Shown: positions 29,018 to 38,811, counted from the stretch's first letter. The stretch is 64,000 bases of DNA from Longimicrobiales bacterium (GCA_965116905.1 OZ220732.1:2336001-2400000); one strand, 5' to 3'. A program made the numbers and translations. Notes: generated from the sequence alone by a model not told the origin.

Positions 29018-29057
29018 ATTGTTCAAATGACGCATGGGAGGCGTCCAAATGAACAAT
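29018..29057. promoter_or_regulatory. Inverted repeat over antitoxin start (putative autoregulatory operator)
   Basis: ATTGTTCA...TGAACAAT with inner GACGC...GCGTC. Confidence 0.55.
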
Positions 29058-29516
29058 GACGACGTTGCGGCGGGGGGATTCAGTCTGAACAGACTTGCCG
29101 CCCGCATGGTGCGCGAAACCAGTCCGGCGTATGGCGGAACGCCGGCCGGCCTGGGCCGCGTTCGCAGGGCGGTGGAAGATGGCCTTCCGCCGGAAGTGGT
29201 CAAGGAGCTGCAAGCCGCGTTGAAGCGCTTCGGCGTCCGCCGCCCCTCGGAGTTTGTCAGCAGGATCGTTCCCAGGGCCACGCTGCGCCGCAGGGAGCGG
29301 CTCACGCCGGAAGAGGGGGAGGTGGTGGTGCGCATCGCCGCGCTGATGGCGCTTGCGGTGGACGTGTGGGGCTGCGAGAGGCGCGCCGCGAGATTCCTCG
29401 CGACTCCGCACATGTTGCTGGGACACGAGGTGCCCATCGAGGTCGCACTCTCGGAGGTCGGAGCGCGCCAGGTGGAGTACATGATCCACGCGCTGGATCA
29501 CGGACTTCCGGTGTAG
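29049..29516 (+). CDS. Antitoxin Xre/MbcA/ParS family (DUF2384-type)
   Basis: RAVEDGLP, IVPRATLRRRERLTPEEGE, FLATPHMLLGHEVPI...GARQVE. ATG 29049 after GGAGG. Confidence 0.85.
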   Translation: MNNDDVAAGGFSLNRLAARMVRETSPAYGGTPAGLGRVRRAVEDGLPPEVVKELQAALKRFGVRRPSEFVSRIVPRATLRRRERLTPEEGEVVVRIAALMALAVDVWGCERRAARFLATPHMLLGHEVPIEVALSEVGARQVEYMIHALDHGLPV

Positions 29517-29534
29517 CGGCACGGGTGCAGTCGG

Positions 29535-29978
29535 TTGGACCTCTACCGGATCCACCGCAGTCTCTACCCGGCACTTGATGGGTGGGGAGCCGCACGCTAC
29601 GGGGGACGCTGGAATCCTCCGGGCATGCCCCTGGTGTACGCTTCCCTGGCCTATGAAGGAGCTCTGCTGGAGCAGCTGGTACGAACTTCGGGAGGCGAGA
29701 TGCCGCTCGATCGCATCGCCTCCCGGATCGCTCTGCCCGCGGAGTGTGAGATCCCGGTGCTCGACCCGGCCGACCATCCGGATTGGCGGGACGGCGCAAC
29801 CTCCCGCAGAATCGGAAGGGACTGGGTCGCATCGCGTCGATCGGTCGCGTTACAGGTGCCCTCCTATGTGGCGCAACCCTGGGGCTGCAACGTGATCCTG
29901 AATCCGACCCATCCGGACTTCGACCGGGTGCGGGTGGCCGAGGTCGTCGACATTCGCTGGGACTCGCGGCTGTTCTGA
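29535..29978 (+). CDS. RES domain toxin (NAD+ phosphorylase type)
   Basis: YRI (R), GGRWN, ALLE (E), VPS (S), NVILNPTHPDF. Confidence 0.88.
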   Translation: MDLYRIHRSLYPALDGWGAARYGGRWNPPGMPLVYASLAYEGALLEQLVRTSGGEMPLDRIASRIALPAECEIPVLDPADHPDWRDGATSRRIGRDWVASRRSVALQVPSYVAQPWGCNVILNPTHPDFDRVRVAEVVDIRWDSRLF

Positions 29979-30096
29979 CCGGATCGGTCGGACTCGCCCG
30001 CGAAGCGGTGGGCACAAGGGGGTGCATCGGTTCACCGCTTGGCGGTATAGTCCACGGTCGGACCAACGTCACTCCCCAGGCTCAAGGAGCCCGCGC

Positions 30097-31113
30097 TTGC
30101 AATACGCCCGTCTCGGCGACAGCGGCCTCGTCGTCTCCCGCATCGCGCTCGGCTGCATGAGCTTCGGCAGCCGGCAGTGGCGCCCGTGGATGCTCGAGGA
30201 GGACGAGGCCCAACCCTTCTTCCGGCGTGCGGTCGAACTCGGCATCAACTTCTTCGACACGGCGGACGTGTACTCGCTCGGGGTGAGCGAGGAGATCACC
30301 GGCAGGTGGGTGCGCGAGTTCGCGGTCCGTGACGAGGCGGTGATCGCCACCAAGGTCAAGATGCGCATGGGGCCGGGGCCGAACCGGGGGGGACTGTCGC
30401 GGAAGCACATCGTCCAGTCGTGCGAGGCTTCGCTCCGGCGGCTGGGGGTGGAGCGGATCGACCTGTACCAGATCCACCGCGCCGATCCGGCGACCCCGGT
30501 CGAGGAGACGCTGGCCGCGCTGGACCACCTGGTCCACCAGGGCAAGGTGCTCTACCTGGGCGCGTCGTCGATGTACGCGTGGCAGCTCATGAAGATGTTG
30601 TCGGTCTCGGAGCGCCGCGGCTGGGCGCGTTTCGTGTCGATGCAGAACCACTACAACCTCGTCTACCGGGAAGAGGAGCGTGAGATGATGCCGCTGTGTG
30701 TTGAGGAGGGGCTCGGCGTGATCCCGTGGTCGCCGCTGGCGCGCGGACTGCTGACCGGCAAGCGCGCGCGGGGCAGCCACGAGGCCTCGGTTCGCGACGA
30801 GCACGACGCCTCCATGGCCGACGAACTGTACGACCACGAGTCCGACTGGGAGGTGGTGGACGCGACGTTGCGGGTCGCGGAGCGCCGCGGGGTTGAGCCG
30901 GTGCAGGTGGCGCTGGCGTGGCTGCTGTCGCGGCCCGCGGTGGTGGCCCCGGTCGTGGGGTTCACGAAGGTCCAGCAACTGGACGCGGTGGCGGGCGCCG
31001 TGGACGTGGCGCTGACGGACGGGGAATGCGCTGAGCTGGAGGCCCCGTACCGTCCGCATGCCGTGCGGGGGTGGCTGGATGGGCCCGTGCGGCTGCCGGG
31101 GATCAGCTCGTGA
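30097..31113 (+). CDS. Aldo/keto reductase
   Basis: LGCMSFG, FDTADVYS, ATK, DLYQIHR, QNHYNLVYREEE, PWSPLARG. TTG start after AAGGAG. Confidence 0.92.
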   Translation: MQYARLGDSGLVVSRIALGCMSFGSRQWRPWMLEEDEAQPFFRRAVELGINFFDTADVYSLGVSEEITGRWVREFAVRDEAVIATKVKMRMGPGPNRGGLSRKHIVQSCEASLRRLGVERIDLYQIHRADPATPVEETLAALDHLVHQGKVLYLGASSMYAWQLMKMLSVSERRGWARFVSMQNHYNLVYREEEREMMPLCVEEGLGVIPWSPLARGLLTGKRARGSHEASVRDEHDASMADELYDHESDWEVVDATLRVAERRGVEPVQVALAWLLSRPAVVAPVVGFTKVQQLDAVAGAVDVALTDGECAELEAPYRPHAVRGWLDGPVRLPGISS

Positions 31114-32117
31114 GCGGGGCTGCGGCGGGTGGTGGTGTGCGCGCCGGCATCCCGGGCCTGACCCTGACGCGCGCCGACTTCGAGGCCGCCTACGAGAACG
31201 TCCGGCCGCACGTCTACCGCACCCCGCTGCTGACCAGCCGTTCGCTGAGCGAGGCGTGTGGCCTCGAGGTGCGCCTCAAGGCCGAGCTGTTTCAGCGGGG
31301 CGGGTCCTACAAGGTGCGTGGCCCGCTCAACAAGATCGCCAGGCTGAGCGACGAGGAACGGGCCCGGGGCGTGATCTGCTCGTCGGCGGGCAATCACGCG
31401 CAGGGCGTGGCGATCGCGGCGCGGCACTACGGGGTGAAGGCCGTCGTGTGCATGGCCGAGAATGCGACGCCGGCGAAGGTCGCCGCCACCGAGGGTTACG
31501 GTGCGCGCGTCGTGCTGCACGGCAGCATCTGGGACGAGGCCAACGAGAAGGCGCTCGAACTGGTGGACTCGGAGGGCTACACGTATGTGCACCCGTTCGA
31601 CGACCCCGACCTGATCGCGGGGCAGGGGACGCTGGGACTCGAAATCATGGAGCAGTTCCCCGAGGTCGAACTGGTGGTCGTGCCGATTGGTGGCGGCGGG
31701 CTGATCTCGGGGATCTCCATGGCGGTGAAGTCCATCAACCCGGACGTGCGGGTCATCGGCGTCGAGTCGTCCGGGGCCCCGGCCATGAAGCGCAGCGTGG
31801 AAGCGGGGTCGCGAGTGACGCTCGACAGCGTCGACTGTGTCATCGACGGTCTGGTCGTGAAGCGTGTGGGCGGGAACACCTGTTCCGTCGTGTCCCGCTT
31901 CGTGGACGAGATCGTCACCCTTCCTGACGAGCAGATCTTCGACGCCATGCTCTGGCTGATGGCGCGCGCCAAGCTCGTGACCGAAGGCGCGGCCGCGTCG
32001 CCGGTGGGTGCGCTGCTGCAGGGGTTGGTGGAGGCGCCGGCCGGGACGAAGACCGTTTGCATGCTGAGCGGGGGCAACCTGGACGTGGAGCAATTGCGCG
32101 GTTTGTCCTGGAATTGA
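31110..32117 (+). CDS. Threonine/serine dehydratase (PLP fold II, no regulatory domain)
   Basis: KAELFQRGGSYKVRG, SAGNHAQG, PIGGGGL, LSGGN. Confidence 0.9.
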   Translation: MSGAAAGGGVRAGIPGLTLTRADFEAAYENVRPHVYRTPLLTSRSLSEACGLEVRLKAELFQRGGSYKVRGPLNKIARLSDEERARGVICSSAGNHAQGVAIAARHYGVKAVVCMAENATPAKVAATEGYGARVVLHGSIWDEANEKALELVDSEGYTYVHPFDDPDLIAGQGTLGLEIMEQFPEVELVVVPIGGGGLISGISMAVKSINPDVRVIGVESSGAPAMKRSVEAGSRVTLDSVDCVIDGLVVKRVGGNTCSVVSRFVDEIVTLPDEQIFDAMLWLMARAKLVTEGAAASPVGALLQGLVEAPAGTKTVCMLSGGNLDVEQLRGLSWN

Positions 32118-32159
32118 GTTGAGTGGGGATGACCGACAGCGTGGTGTTGTAGCCGCGAT

Positions 32160-32189
32160 GTGTCAGTATTACTATAGAGTTTCTGACAC
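32160..32189. promoter_or_regulatory. Inverted repeat GTGTCAG-N16-CTGACAC upstream of AbiEi-like gene
   Basis: Read directly; AT-rich spacer. AbiEi-type antitoxins autoregulate through promoter inverted repeats. Confidence 0.6.
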
Positions 32190-32219
32190 TTTGTCCGGAT
32201 TGGGAGGAGGAGGATCGCC

Positions 32220-32816
32220 ATGGCCAGCCTTCCCAAACGAATCATGGAACATGCGGAAGCGCTTCCGGAGGCGGCGCCGATCTGTCCTGGTACGCTGCTT
32301 CATCTGGGCAACCGGGCGGCGGTGGATCAGGCGTTGTCGCGACTGGCTCGCCGCGGAAAGCTAATGCGGGTGTGCCGCGGGGTATACATGCGGCCGATTC
32401 ATACCCGGTTCGGGGTGTGCCCACCTTCTCCGCCCAAGGTCATCGCGGCGCTGTCGGAGCTTTGGGGCGAGACGATCGTCCCCTCCGGAGGGGCGGCCGC
32501 TAACCTGCTCAGGCTAACGACTCAGGTACCCGTACGAATGGTGTATCTGACGTCGGGCCCGAGTCGGAAGCTTCGGCTGTTTGCGTTGGTCCTTGAACTC
32601 CTTCACGCGCCCCGCTGGCAACTCGTTGCGCCGGGTCGGCCAGCTGGCCTCGCAGTGCGGGCCATGGCCTGGCTCGGTCCATACGAAATCAAGGAGAGCC
32701 TCGAGGTCATCAAGCGCACGCTCTCCGCAGCCGACCTGGCTGAACTTGCGGCTACGCGAGCCATCTTGCCGTCGTGGATGGCCGGTCCGATAAGCGCTTT
32801 GGTCGCCGATGGCTAG
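32220..32816 (+). CDS. DUF6088 family / AbiEi-like type IV antitoxin (wHTH)
   Basis: LGNRAAVDQALSRLARRGKLMRVCRGVY, AANLLRLTTQVP..VYLTSGPSR; strong RBS. Confidence 0.85.
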   Translation: MASLPKRIMEHAEALPEAAPICPGTLLHLGNRAAVDQALSRLARRGKLMRVCRGVYMRPIHTRFGVCPPSPPKVIAALSELWGETIVPSGGAAANLLRLTTQVPVRMVYLTSGPSRKLRLFALVLELLHAPRWQLVAPGRPAGLAVRAMAWLGPYEIKESLEVIKRTLSAADLAELAATRAILPSWMAGPISALVADG

Positions 32817-33647
32817 CCTTGGCTTTCAGCGGCTGTCCGCGGACGACCGCCGTGAACTGCTTGATTCTGTCGTCAGAGCTACACGGCGACCGCCGCAACT
32901 GCTCGAGAAGGACATCTGGGTAGTTCAGACCCTGTCCGTCCTGTTCCGCGCACCCTTCGGAGCGGATTTGGTGTTCAAAGGCGGAACATCGCTCTCGAAG
33001 GCATATCAGGCCATCCGGCGATTCTGAAAGAGGACGGATGGGTCGCCGGGTTCCGTGCGGAAGGATACCGCGTCTACCTGAGCTACGACACGTTGTTCGG
33101 CGATTACGGATTCGTCCAGCCCGAGGTGCTGATCGAATTCGGCGCCCGGTCGACCGGTGAGCCTCACGAGCGACGGCTGGTGGAATGCGATGCCGCCGAA
33201 TACATCCCGGACGTCAGCTTTCCCACCGCACGCCCTTCCGTCATGCTGGCCGAACGCACCTTCTGGGAGAAAGCCACAGCGATACACGTTTTCTGCCGCC
33301 GGGCGCGCCACCGCGGAGCGCGTCTCTCCCGCCACTGGCACGACCTGGTTCGGCTCGACGACGGCGGCTACGTCGAGAAGGCTTTGGCCGACCGGGAGTT
33401 GGCCCGCGCCGTCGCGCGTCACAAGGCGATATTCTTCCGGGAAAAGGATGTTGCGGGAAACTGGATCGACTACATGGCTGCTGTTTCCGGTCACCTTCAG
33501 CTGGTCCCTGAACGCCCGCTGTACGATGTCCTGGCCGAGGACTATCGTCAGATGCAGCGATCCGGGATGCTCCCGGAGGAGGACGAGAGCTTTGAGGACA
33601 TCATGAACCGGTGCGCAGGAATCGAGACGAGGGCCAATGCGCGCTGA
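32809..33647 (+). pseudogene. AbiEii/AbiGii nucleotidyltransferase toxin, disrupted by internal deletion and frameshift at about 33024
   Basis: LEKDIWV..FKGGTSLSKAY..IRRF then stop at 33027, with no SEDxD. A second frame continues IEFGARSTGEP..ERTFWEKAT..RLSRHWHDL. Confidence 0.85.
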
Positions 33648-35190
33648 CACCCCCACGTCCGACGAAGAGTCTTCCACAGCGTCTTCGCGCCCGCGCAACA
33701 GTCCGCAAGGTGGCTCACGTGACACGGCCTACCTCGTCCGCCTGGCCGCCGAGGTCGCCAGCAAGTCGAACCGCACGCGGCGACGCTTCCAGAAACAACT
33801 CGCGCGCAACATCGGCGACGCCCTCCACTCCACCGGCACCACAGCCCGGATCCGCGACCGGTGGAGCCGGCTGTTCATCACCATTCCCGCAACGGGCTCA
33901 CCTGCCGCCGACCAGGCCGTATCCGCCGCCGACCGGGCCATGTCCGCCGCCGCCCGCGTGTTCGGCATCAACTCCTTCTCCCGGCTGGACGCGGTGCTCC
34001 CCGCCGACCTCGACTCCATCGTGCAGGTCGGACACGACACCTACCGGGAGGCCGTCACAGGGCGCCGCTACGCCATCGCGGCACGCCGCACCGGCCGCCA
34101 CCCCTTTTCTTCGCGCGACATCGCGGTTGAACTCGGCGCCGCCCTCAACCCCTACGGCACCGTCGACCTGACCACGCCTGAGGTCACCGTCCACGTCGAA
34201 GTGCGCGACCAGCGCACCTATCTCTTCAGCGGCCGCACCGAGGGTCCGGGCGGCCTCCCGCTTGGCGTGCAGGGCCGGGCGGTGTGCCTCATCTCGGGAG
34301 GGTTCGACTCGGCCGTCGCGGCCTGGCTCCTCCTCAAGCGCGGGGTCGCCCTGGACTACGTCTTCTGCAACCTGGCGGGCCCCGCCTTCGAGCGCTCCGT
34401 GATCCAGGTCACCCGGGTGCTGGCCGACCGCTGGAGCTACGGCGACCGCCCGCGCATGCACGTCGTCGACTTCGGAGAGGCGGTCAGCCGGCTGCAGGCC
34501 GAGGTCACGCCCCGCTACTGGCAGGTCGTGCTCAAGCGGCTCATGTACCGCGCCGCCGAAGGCGTGGCAGCCGAGATCGGCGCGGATGCCCTGGTCACCG
34601 GCGAGTCTCTGGGCCAGGTGTCGTCGCAGACACTCCGCAACCTCCGCTCGATCGAGGCCAGCGCGTCCCTGCCGGTGCTCCGGCCGCTCGTGGGTCTCGA
34701 CAAGGAGGAGATCATCCGCATCGCGAAGCGGATCGGGACCGCCGCTCTCTCCGCACGCGTCAAGGAGTACTGCGCGATTCTGGCGGGGAAGCCGGTCACG
34801 GCCGCGAAGGTGTTGGCGGTGGACCGCGAGGAGGCGCCGCTCGACCCCGGCCTGGTCGACCGCGCCGTGGCCGGGCGCAGGGTGCTGGACGTGCGGAAGC
34901 TCGCCGACTCGGACCTGCAGCGCGACTACCTGTGGCTCGATGTCCTCCCGGACGGAGCCCGCGTGATCGACTGCCGCCCCCCACAGCAGGACGACGGTTG
35001 GCGGCATCCCGGCTCGAAGCGGGTGCTGCCGCCCGACTTCCCCGAACTGGCCACGAAACTAAACAAAGATGTTAAGTATGTACTGTTCTGCGACAACGGA
35101 ATCCAGTCTGGACAGCTCGCAAATATTTTGCAGACAGTGGGTTACGAGGCCTACGCGCTGAAGGACGGGACGAAGGCGCTACGGGGATGA
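33637..35190 (+). CDS. thiI: tRNA 4-thiouridine synthase ThiI (THUMP, PP-loop, rhodanese)
   Basis: GPGGLPLGVQG, ISGGFDS, TGESLGQVSSQTL, RPLVGLDKEEI, EYC, C-terminal FCDNGIQS rhodanese cysteine. Confidence 0.92.
   Translation: MRADTPTSDEESSTASSRPRNSPQGGSRDTAYLVRLAAEVASKSNRTRRRFQKQLARNIGDALHSTGTTARIRDRWSRLFITIPATGSPAADQAVSAADRAMSAAARVFGINSFSRLDAVLPADLDSIVQVGHDTYREAVTGRRYAIAARRTGRHPFSSRDIAVELGAALNPYGTVDLTTPEVTVHVEVRDQRTYLFSGRTEGPGGLPLGVQGRAVCLISGGFDSAVAAWLLLKRGVALDYVFCNLAGPAFERSVIQVTRVLADRWSYGDRPRMHVVDFGEAVSRLQAEVTPRYWQVVLKRLMYRAAEGVAAEIGADALVTGESLGQVSSQTLRNLRSIEASASLPVLRPLVGLDKEEIIRIAKRIGTAALSARVKEYCAILAGKPVTAAKVLAVDREEAPLDPGLVDRAVAGRRVLDVRKLADSDLQRDYLWLDVLPDGARVIDCRPPQQDDGWRHPGSKRVLPPDFPELATKLNKDVKYVLFCDNGIQSGQLANILQTVGYEAYALKDGTKALRG
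35058..35077. promoter_or_regulatory. AT-rich palindrome ACTAAACA-AAGA-TGTTAAGT inside thiI (motif B, copy 1)
   Basis: 35055-35079 matches 42575-42599 at 22 of 25 positions. Confidence 0.5.
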
Positions 35191-36833
35191 TCGATCGTCC
35201 GCCGTCGGACCACCGCGGCGCCGGCCGGCGCAAGGCGGTGCTGACCGCGCTCTCCGTCCTGATCTCCGTGGCTTGCGGCGGCTCCGATGCCGGCTCGACC
35301 GACCCGGGCGACCACCTCGTCATCGCCTGGCCCGCCTCCCGTGAGCCCGCCTCGCTGGACGGCCACATCGAGCCGTACCAGACCGCCTGGCTCATCGACT
35401 ACATGATCGCCGACCCCCTGCTCATCATCGGCCCGGATGGTGAATTCCACCCGGCCCTCGCGACCGCGTGGTCGTCCAACGAAGTGGCGGACGAGTGGAC
35501 CTTCACGCTGCGGAGCGGGGTGGTCTTCCAGGACGGGACGCCCTTCGACGCCGAGGCCGTCCGATACAACGTCGAGCGCATCCTCGACCCCGCCACGCGG
35601 TCCGGCGAGATGGCGGCGCACGTCGGGCCGGTCGAGCGCGTGGAGATCGTCGACGACACCACCGTCACGCTGCACTACGCGGCCCCGTGGGTCACCGTGC
35701 TCGACGCCTTCCGGCGCGTACCCATCTGGTCCCCCACGGCCGCGGAGCGCTGGGGCATCGAGGCGTTCGACCGCCACCTGGTGGGTGCCGGACCCTTCCT
35801 GCTTGAGGAATGGGTGCCCAACGACCGCGTCACCGTGCGGCGCTGGGACGGCTACGGCGGCTGGAACTCGATCGCCGAGGAGCCCGGTCCGGCCAGAGTC
35901 GGGCGCGTCACGATCCGCTTCATCGGCGAGGAAGCCGTGCTGGGCAACGTCGTCCGGACCGGCAACGCCCACATCGCCATGAATCTGCCCACCACGTACA
36001 TCGACGACTACCGCAATGCGGACGGCTTCTCGCTCCTCACCGGCTACCAGGCCGGGACGGGCCTGCAGATGGTCATGAACACGCGGCGCCCGCCCTTTAG
36101 CGACATCCGCGTCCGGCAGGCGCTGCTCCATGGCACGGACCAGCAGGCCCTCAACGATCTCCTGTACGATGGCTACTATCTGACGGCCGACGGCCCCTTG
36201 AACACGGTGCACCGCTGCTACCGGAAGGGGGGCGCGGACGACTACCCGTACGATCCCGAGACGGCCCGGCAGCTCCTGGCAGCAGCCGGCTACAGGGACA
36301 CGGACGGCGACGGCATCCGGGAGGCCCATGGCGTCGCCGGCATCGAAAACGGAACGCCGCTGCGGGTGCGCTGGACGATCCTCGACCGCGAGGAGATGGG
36401 AGAGGCGGTGCAGGCGCAGTGGCGTCCACTCGGGATCGACCTGGTCATCGAGCTCGTTCCCGGACCTGTACAGCTCGAGAGGGTCAACGCCCGCGACTTC
36501 GACCTCATCTACGAGCGCCAGCGCAGCCCGGACCCCCTGCTGATGGACATGCTGTGGAATTCGGCCCACGACGTGGTCGGCGGTTGGGCCTGGACGGGGT
36601 TCGTGGACGCGGAACTGGACGGGATCGTGAGCCGGTTGCGCGTGATTCCGGACCCGGACGCCCGGTGCGAGCTGGCGCGGGACGCCCAGCGGATCATCAT
36701 GGACCACGCACTGATGCTGCCGACGCTGAGCGAACCGATCTTCTACGCGGTGTCAGACGAGGTGCAGGGGTTCCAGCTGGCGTCGGAGGGGCAATTCTAC
36801 TTCCTGCACAACGTGGAGCTGGTGCGGGAGTAG
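35187..36833 (+). CDS. ABC transporter substrate-binding lipoprotein, family 5 (Dpp/Opp)
   Basis: SVAC lipobox, WTFTLRSGVVFQDGTPFDAEAV, GAGPF, PFSDIRVRQAL. Confidence 0.92.
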   Translation: MIDRPPSDHRGAGRRKAVLTALSVLISVACGGSDAGSTDPGDHLVIAWPASREPASLDGHIEPYQTAWLIDYMIADPLLIIGPDGEFHPALATAWSSNEVADEWTFTLRSGVVFQDGTPFDAEAVRYNVERILDPATRSGEMAAHVGPVERVEIVDDTTVTLHYAAPWVTVLDAFRRVPIWSPTAAERWGIEAFDRHLVGAGPFLLEEWVPNDRVTVRRWDGYGGWNSIAEEPGPARVGRVTIRFIGEEAVLGNVVRTGNAHIAMNLPTTYIDDYRNADGFSLLTGYQAGTGLQMVMNTRRPPFSDIRVRQALLHGTDQQALNDLLYDGYYLTADGPLNTVHRCYRKGGADDYPYDPETARQLLAAAGYRDTDGDGIREAHGVAGIENGTPLRVRWTILDREEMGEAVQAQWRPLGIDLVIELVPGPVQLERVNARDFDLIYERQRSPDPLLMDMLWNSAHDVVGGWAWTGFVDAELDGIVSRLRVIPDPDARCELARDAQRIIMDHALMLPTLSEPIFYAVSDEVQGFQLASEGQFYFLHNVELVRE

Positions 36834-36899
36834 GGTGCCCCGCCCTGTAGGGTGGCCCGGCGCTGTACGTTGGCTCGGCCCTGTACGCTGGCCCGCCCT
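36830..36899. repeat. Four degenerate 17-18-bp tandem units (GTASGBTGGCCCGSCCT-like) between convergent stops
   Basis: Units start at 36830, 36847, 36865 and 36883. Confidence 0.75.
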
Positions 36900-37725
36900 A
36901 CTGCAGTGCCTCGATCACTCGTTCGTGCAGCGGCTGAACCGGTCGCGCGTTCATCGGATGGCGGGCGCCGAAGGCGTCGACCTGGGCCTCGGAGACCGAG
37001 ATCGATTCCGTCATCACCACCCAGCTGACGATTTCCGAACAGGGGGGCGTGGTGAGCGAGCCGGCATACCGCAGGTAGCCCGACTCCCCCGGCAGGAGCC
37101 CGCTCGGATCGAGATCCGCGACCGCCCCGGGTGACGCGCCGGGATCCGGGATTGCGTCCCAGATGTCCTGGATGACCGGATCGGCCTCGCCTTCCTCCAT
37201 GAACACCCCGATCACGGCAAGGTCTCCCTCGGCCGCCTGGTGCACGAAATGCACCTCCATCGGAGAGGCCTCCCCGTCGGCCGTGTGCTCGCTGGGCGTG
37301 TGGAAGTGGAACTGCAGCAGGGAAAACGACCGTCCCTCCAGGACGATCCCACCCGCATCCGGCATGTCGACCTGTATGGTGTGCCCGTTGTCCACTACCT
37401 GTCCCTCGGCGGGTTGCCACTGTACGTCGAGGCCGTTCCCCTCGGACGGGACCGCGCCGGTCAGGTCGACCGGTGATTGCCGCATGCCGCTGGCGCACAC
37501 CTCGAAGGAAGGGTCGAGTTCGCCCCAGCGGTCCGTGCCGGTCGCGCCCTCATAGGCCCAGTGGATCTGGCCGTCGCCGGCCTGCTCCGCGTGGTCCGCG
37601 TCCATCTGCCCCTCGTCATCGGCAGGGTCCTGTTCGCCCGGCTCGCAGGCCTGCGTCGCTGCGATCAGGAATGCGACGGCCAGACCACCGGCCAGAGTCA
37701 TGGTGAACGGATGTTGTTTCGACAT
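36898..37725 (-). CDS. Alpha-class carbonic anhydrase, probable lipoprotein
   Basis: HWAYEG, QSPVD, NGHT, QFHFHTPSEH, EVHFVH, YAGSLTTPPCSE, NARPVQP; GGAGG RBS. Confidence 0.93.
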   Translation of the reverse strand: MSKQHPFTMTLAGGLAVAFLIAATQACEPGEQDPADDEGQMDADHAEQAGDGQIHWAYEGATGTDRWGELDPSFEVCASGMRQSPVDLTGAVPSEGNGLDVQWQPAEGQVVDNGHTIQVDMPDAGGIVLEGRSFSLLQFHFHTPSEHTADGEASPMEVHFVHQAAEGDLAVIGVFMEEGEADPVIQDIWDAIPDPGASPGAVADLDPSGLLPGESGYLRYAGSLTTPPCSEIVSWVVMTESISVSEAQVDAFGARHPMNARPVQPLHERVIEALQ

Positions 37726-37866
37726 GGATTCCTCCCCGGTTTGGCGTGGGCGTGGGGAATCCTTTGTTCGTTTCGGCCGCCCCGTCAATGGTGCGGCAAC
37801 GGACGACGGGACGCCGACGGCGTCGGGAGTTCGCAAATCTCCGGGGCACGACAGTAGACTTCTGGC

Positions 37867-38811
37867 ATGCTCGCCACCTACCTGGCCCGCCGCCTGGCCC
37901 ACCTCGGCGTCGTCCTCCTCCTCGTTTCGGTGACGGTCTTCTCCATCATGCACGCCCTTCCCGGCGACCCGGTGCAGCTCATGCTCTCCGGCGCCGAGAG
38001 CGGGTCCGTCACGCCCGAACGGCAGGAGCAGCTGCGCGAGGAGATGGGTCTGAACGACCCGCTCCCCGTGCAGTACGGGCGCTTCCTGGGTGGCGCCGTC
38101 ACCGGCGATTTCGGCACGTCCGTCCGGCTGCGCCAACCCGTCCTCGACCTCATCCTCGACCGGCTGGGCTCCACGCTCGCACTCAGCCTCGGCGGCATCC
38201 TCTTCGCGGTGCTCATCGGGGTCACCACCGGCGTTCTCGCCGCCCTCAAACAGGGCTCGTGGATCGACGGCTTCAGCCGCGTGCTCGCCTATGCGGGCGT
38301 CTCGCTGCCCCTCTTCTGGCTCGGCCTGCTGCTCATCCTGGTCTTCTCATTCCGGCTGGCGTGGTTCCCGCCGGCGGGATCGGAGGGCATCCGGTCGCTC
38401 GTCCTGCCCAGCCTGTCGCTGGGGCTGGTGTCGGCCGGCGTCATCGCGCGCCTCACCCGCGCCTCCCTCCGCGAGGTCCTGGTCGAGGACTACATCCGCA
38501 CCGCCTGGGCGAAGGGTCTTCCCAGGCGCATCGTCTACCTGCGCCACGCGCTCCGGAACGCCCTGCTCCCGGTCGTGACCATGCTCGGCCTCCAATTCGG
38601 CGCGATGCTCGCGGGCGCGGTGGTGACGGAGACCGTCTTCAGCCGGCCCGGCCTGGGCCGCCTCGTGGTGAGCGCGATTCTCTGGAAGGACTATCCGCTG
38701 GTGCAGGGGATCGTGCTGTGCATGGCCGCGATGTACGTCCTCGTGAACCTTCTGGTGGACCTGCTGGCGGCCTGGCTCGACCCGCGCATCCGCGACGAGG
38801 CCCCGGCGTGA
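37867..38811 (+). CDS. ABC transporter permease (DppB-like)
   Basis: LPGDP, GLNDPLPVQY, EDYIRTAWAKGL (EAA loop), DYPLVQG. Confidence 0.93.
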   Translation: MLATYLARRLAHLGVVLLLVSVTVFSIMHALPGDPVQLMLSGAESGSVTPERQEQLREEMGLNDPLPVQYGRFLGGAVTGDFGTSVRLRQPVLDLILDRLGSTLALSLGGILFAVLIGVTTGVLAALKQGSWIDGFSRVLAYAGVSLPLFWLGLLLILVFSFRLAWFPPAGSEGIRSLVLPSLSLGLVSAGVIARLTRASLREVLVEDYIRTAWAKGLPRRIVYLRHALRNALLPVVTMLGLQFGAMLAGAVVTETVFSRPGLGRLVVSAILWKDYPLVQGIVLCMAAMYVLVNLLVDLLAAWLDPRIRDEAPA

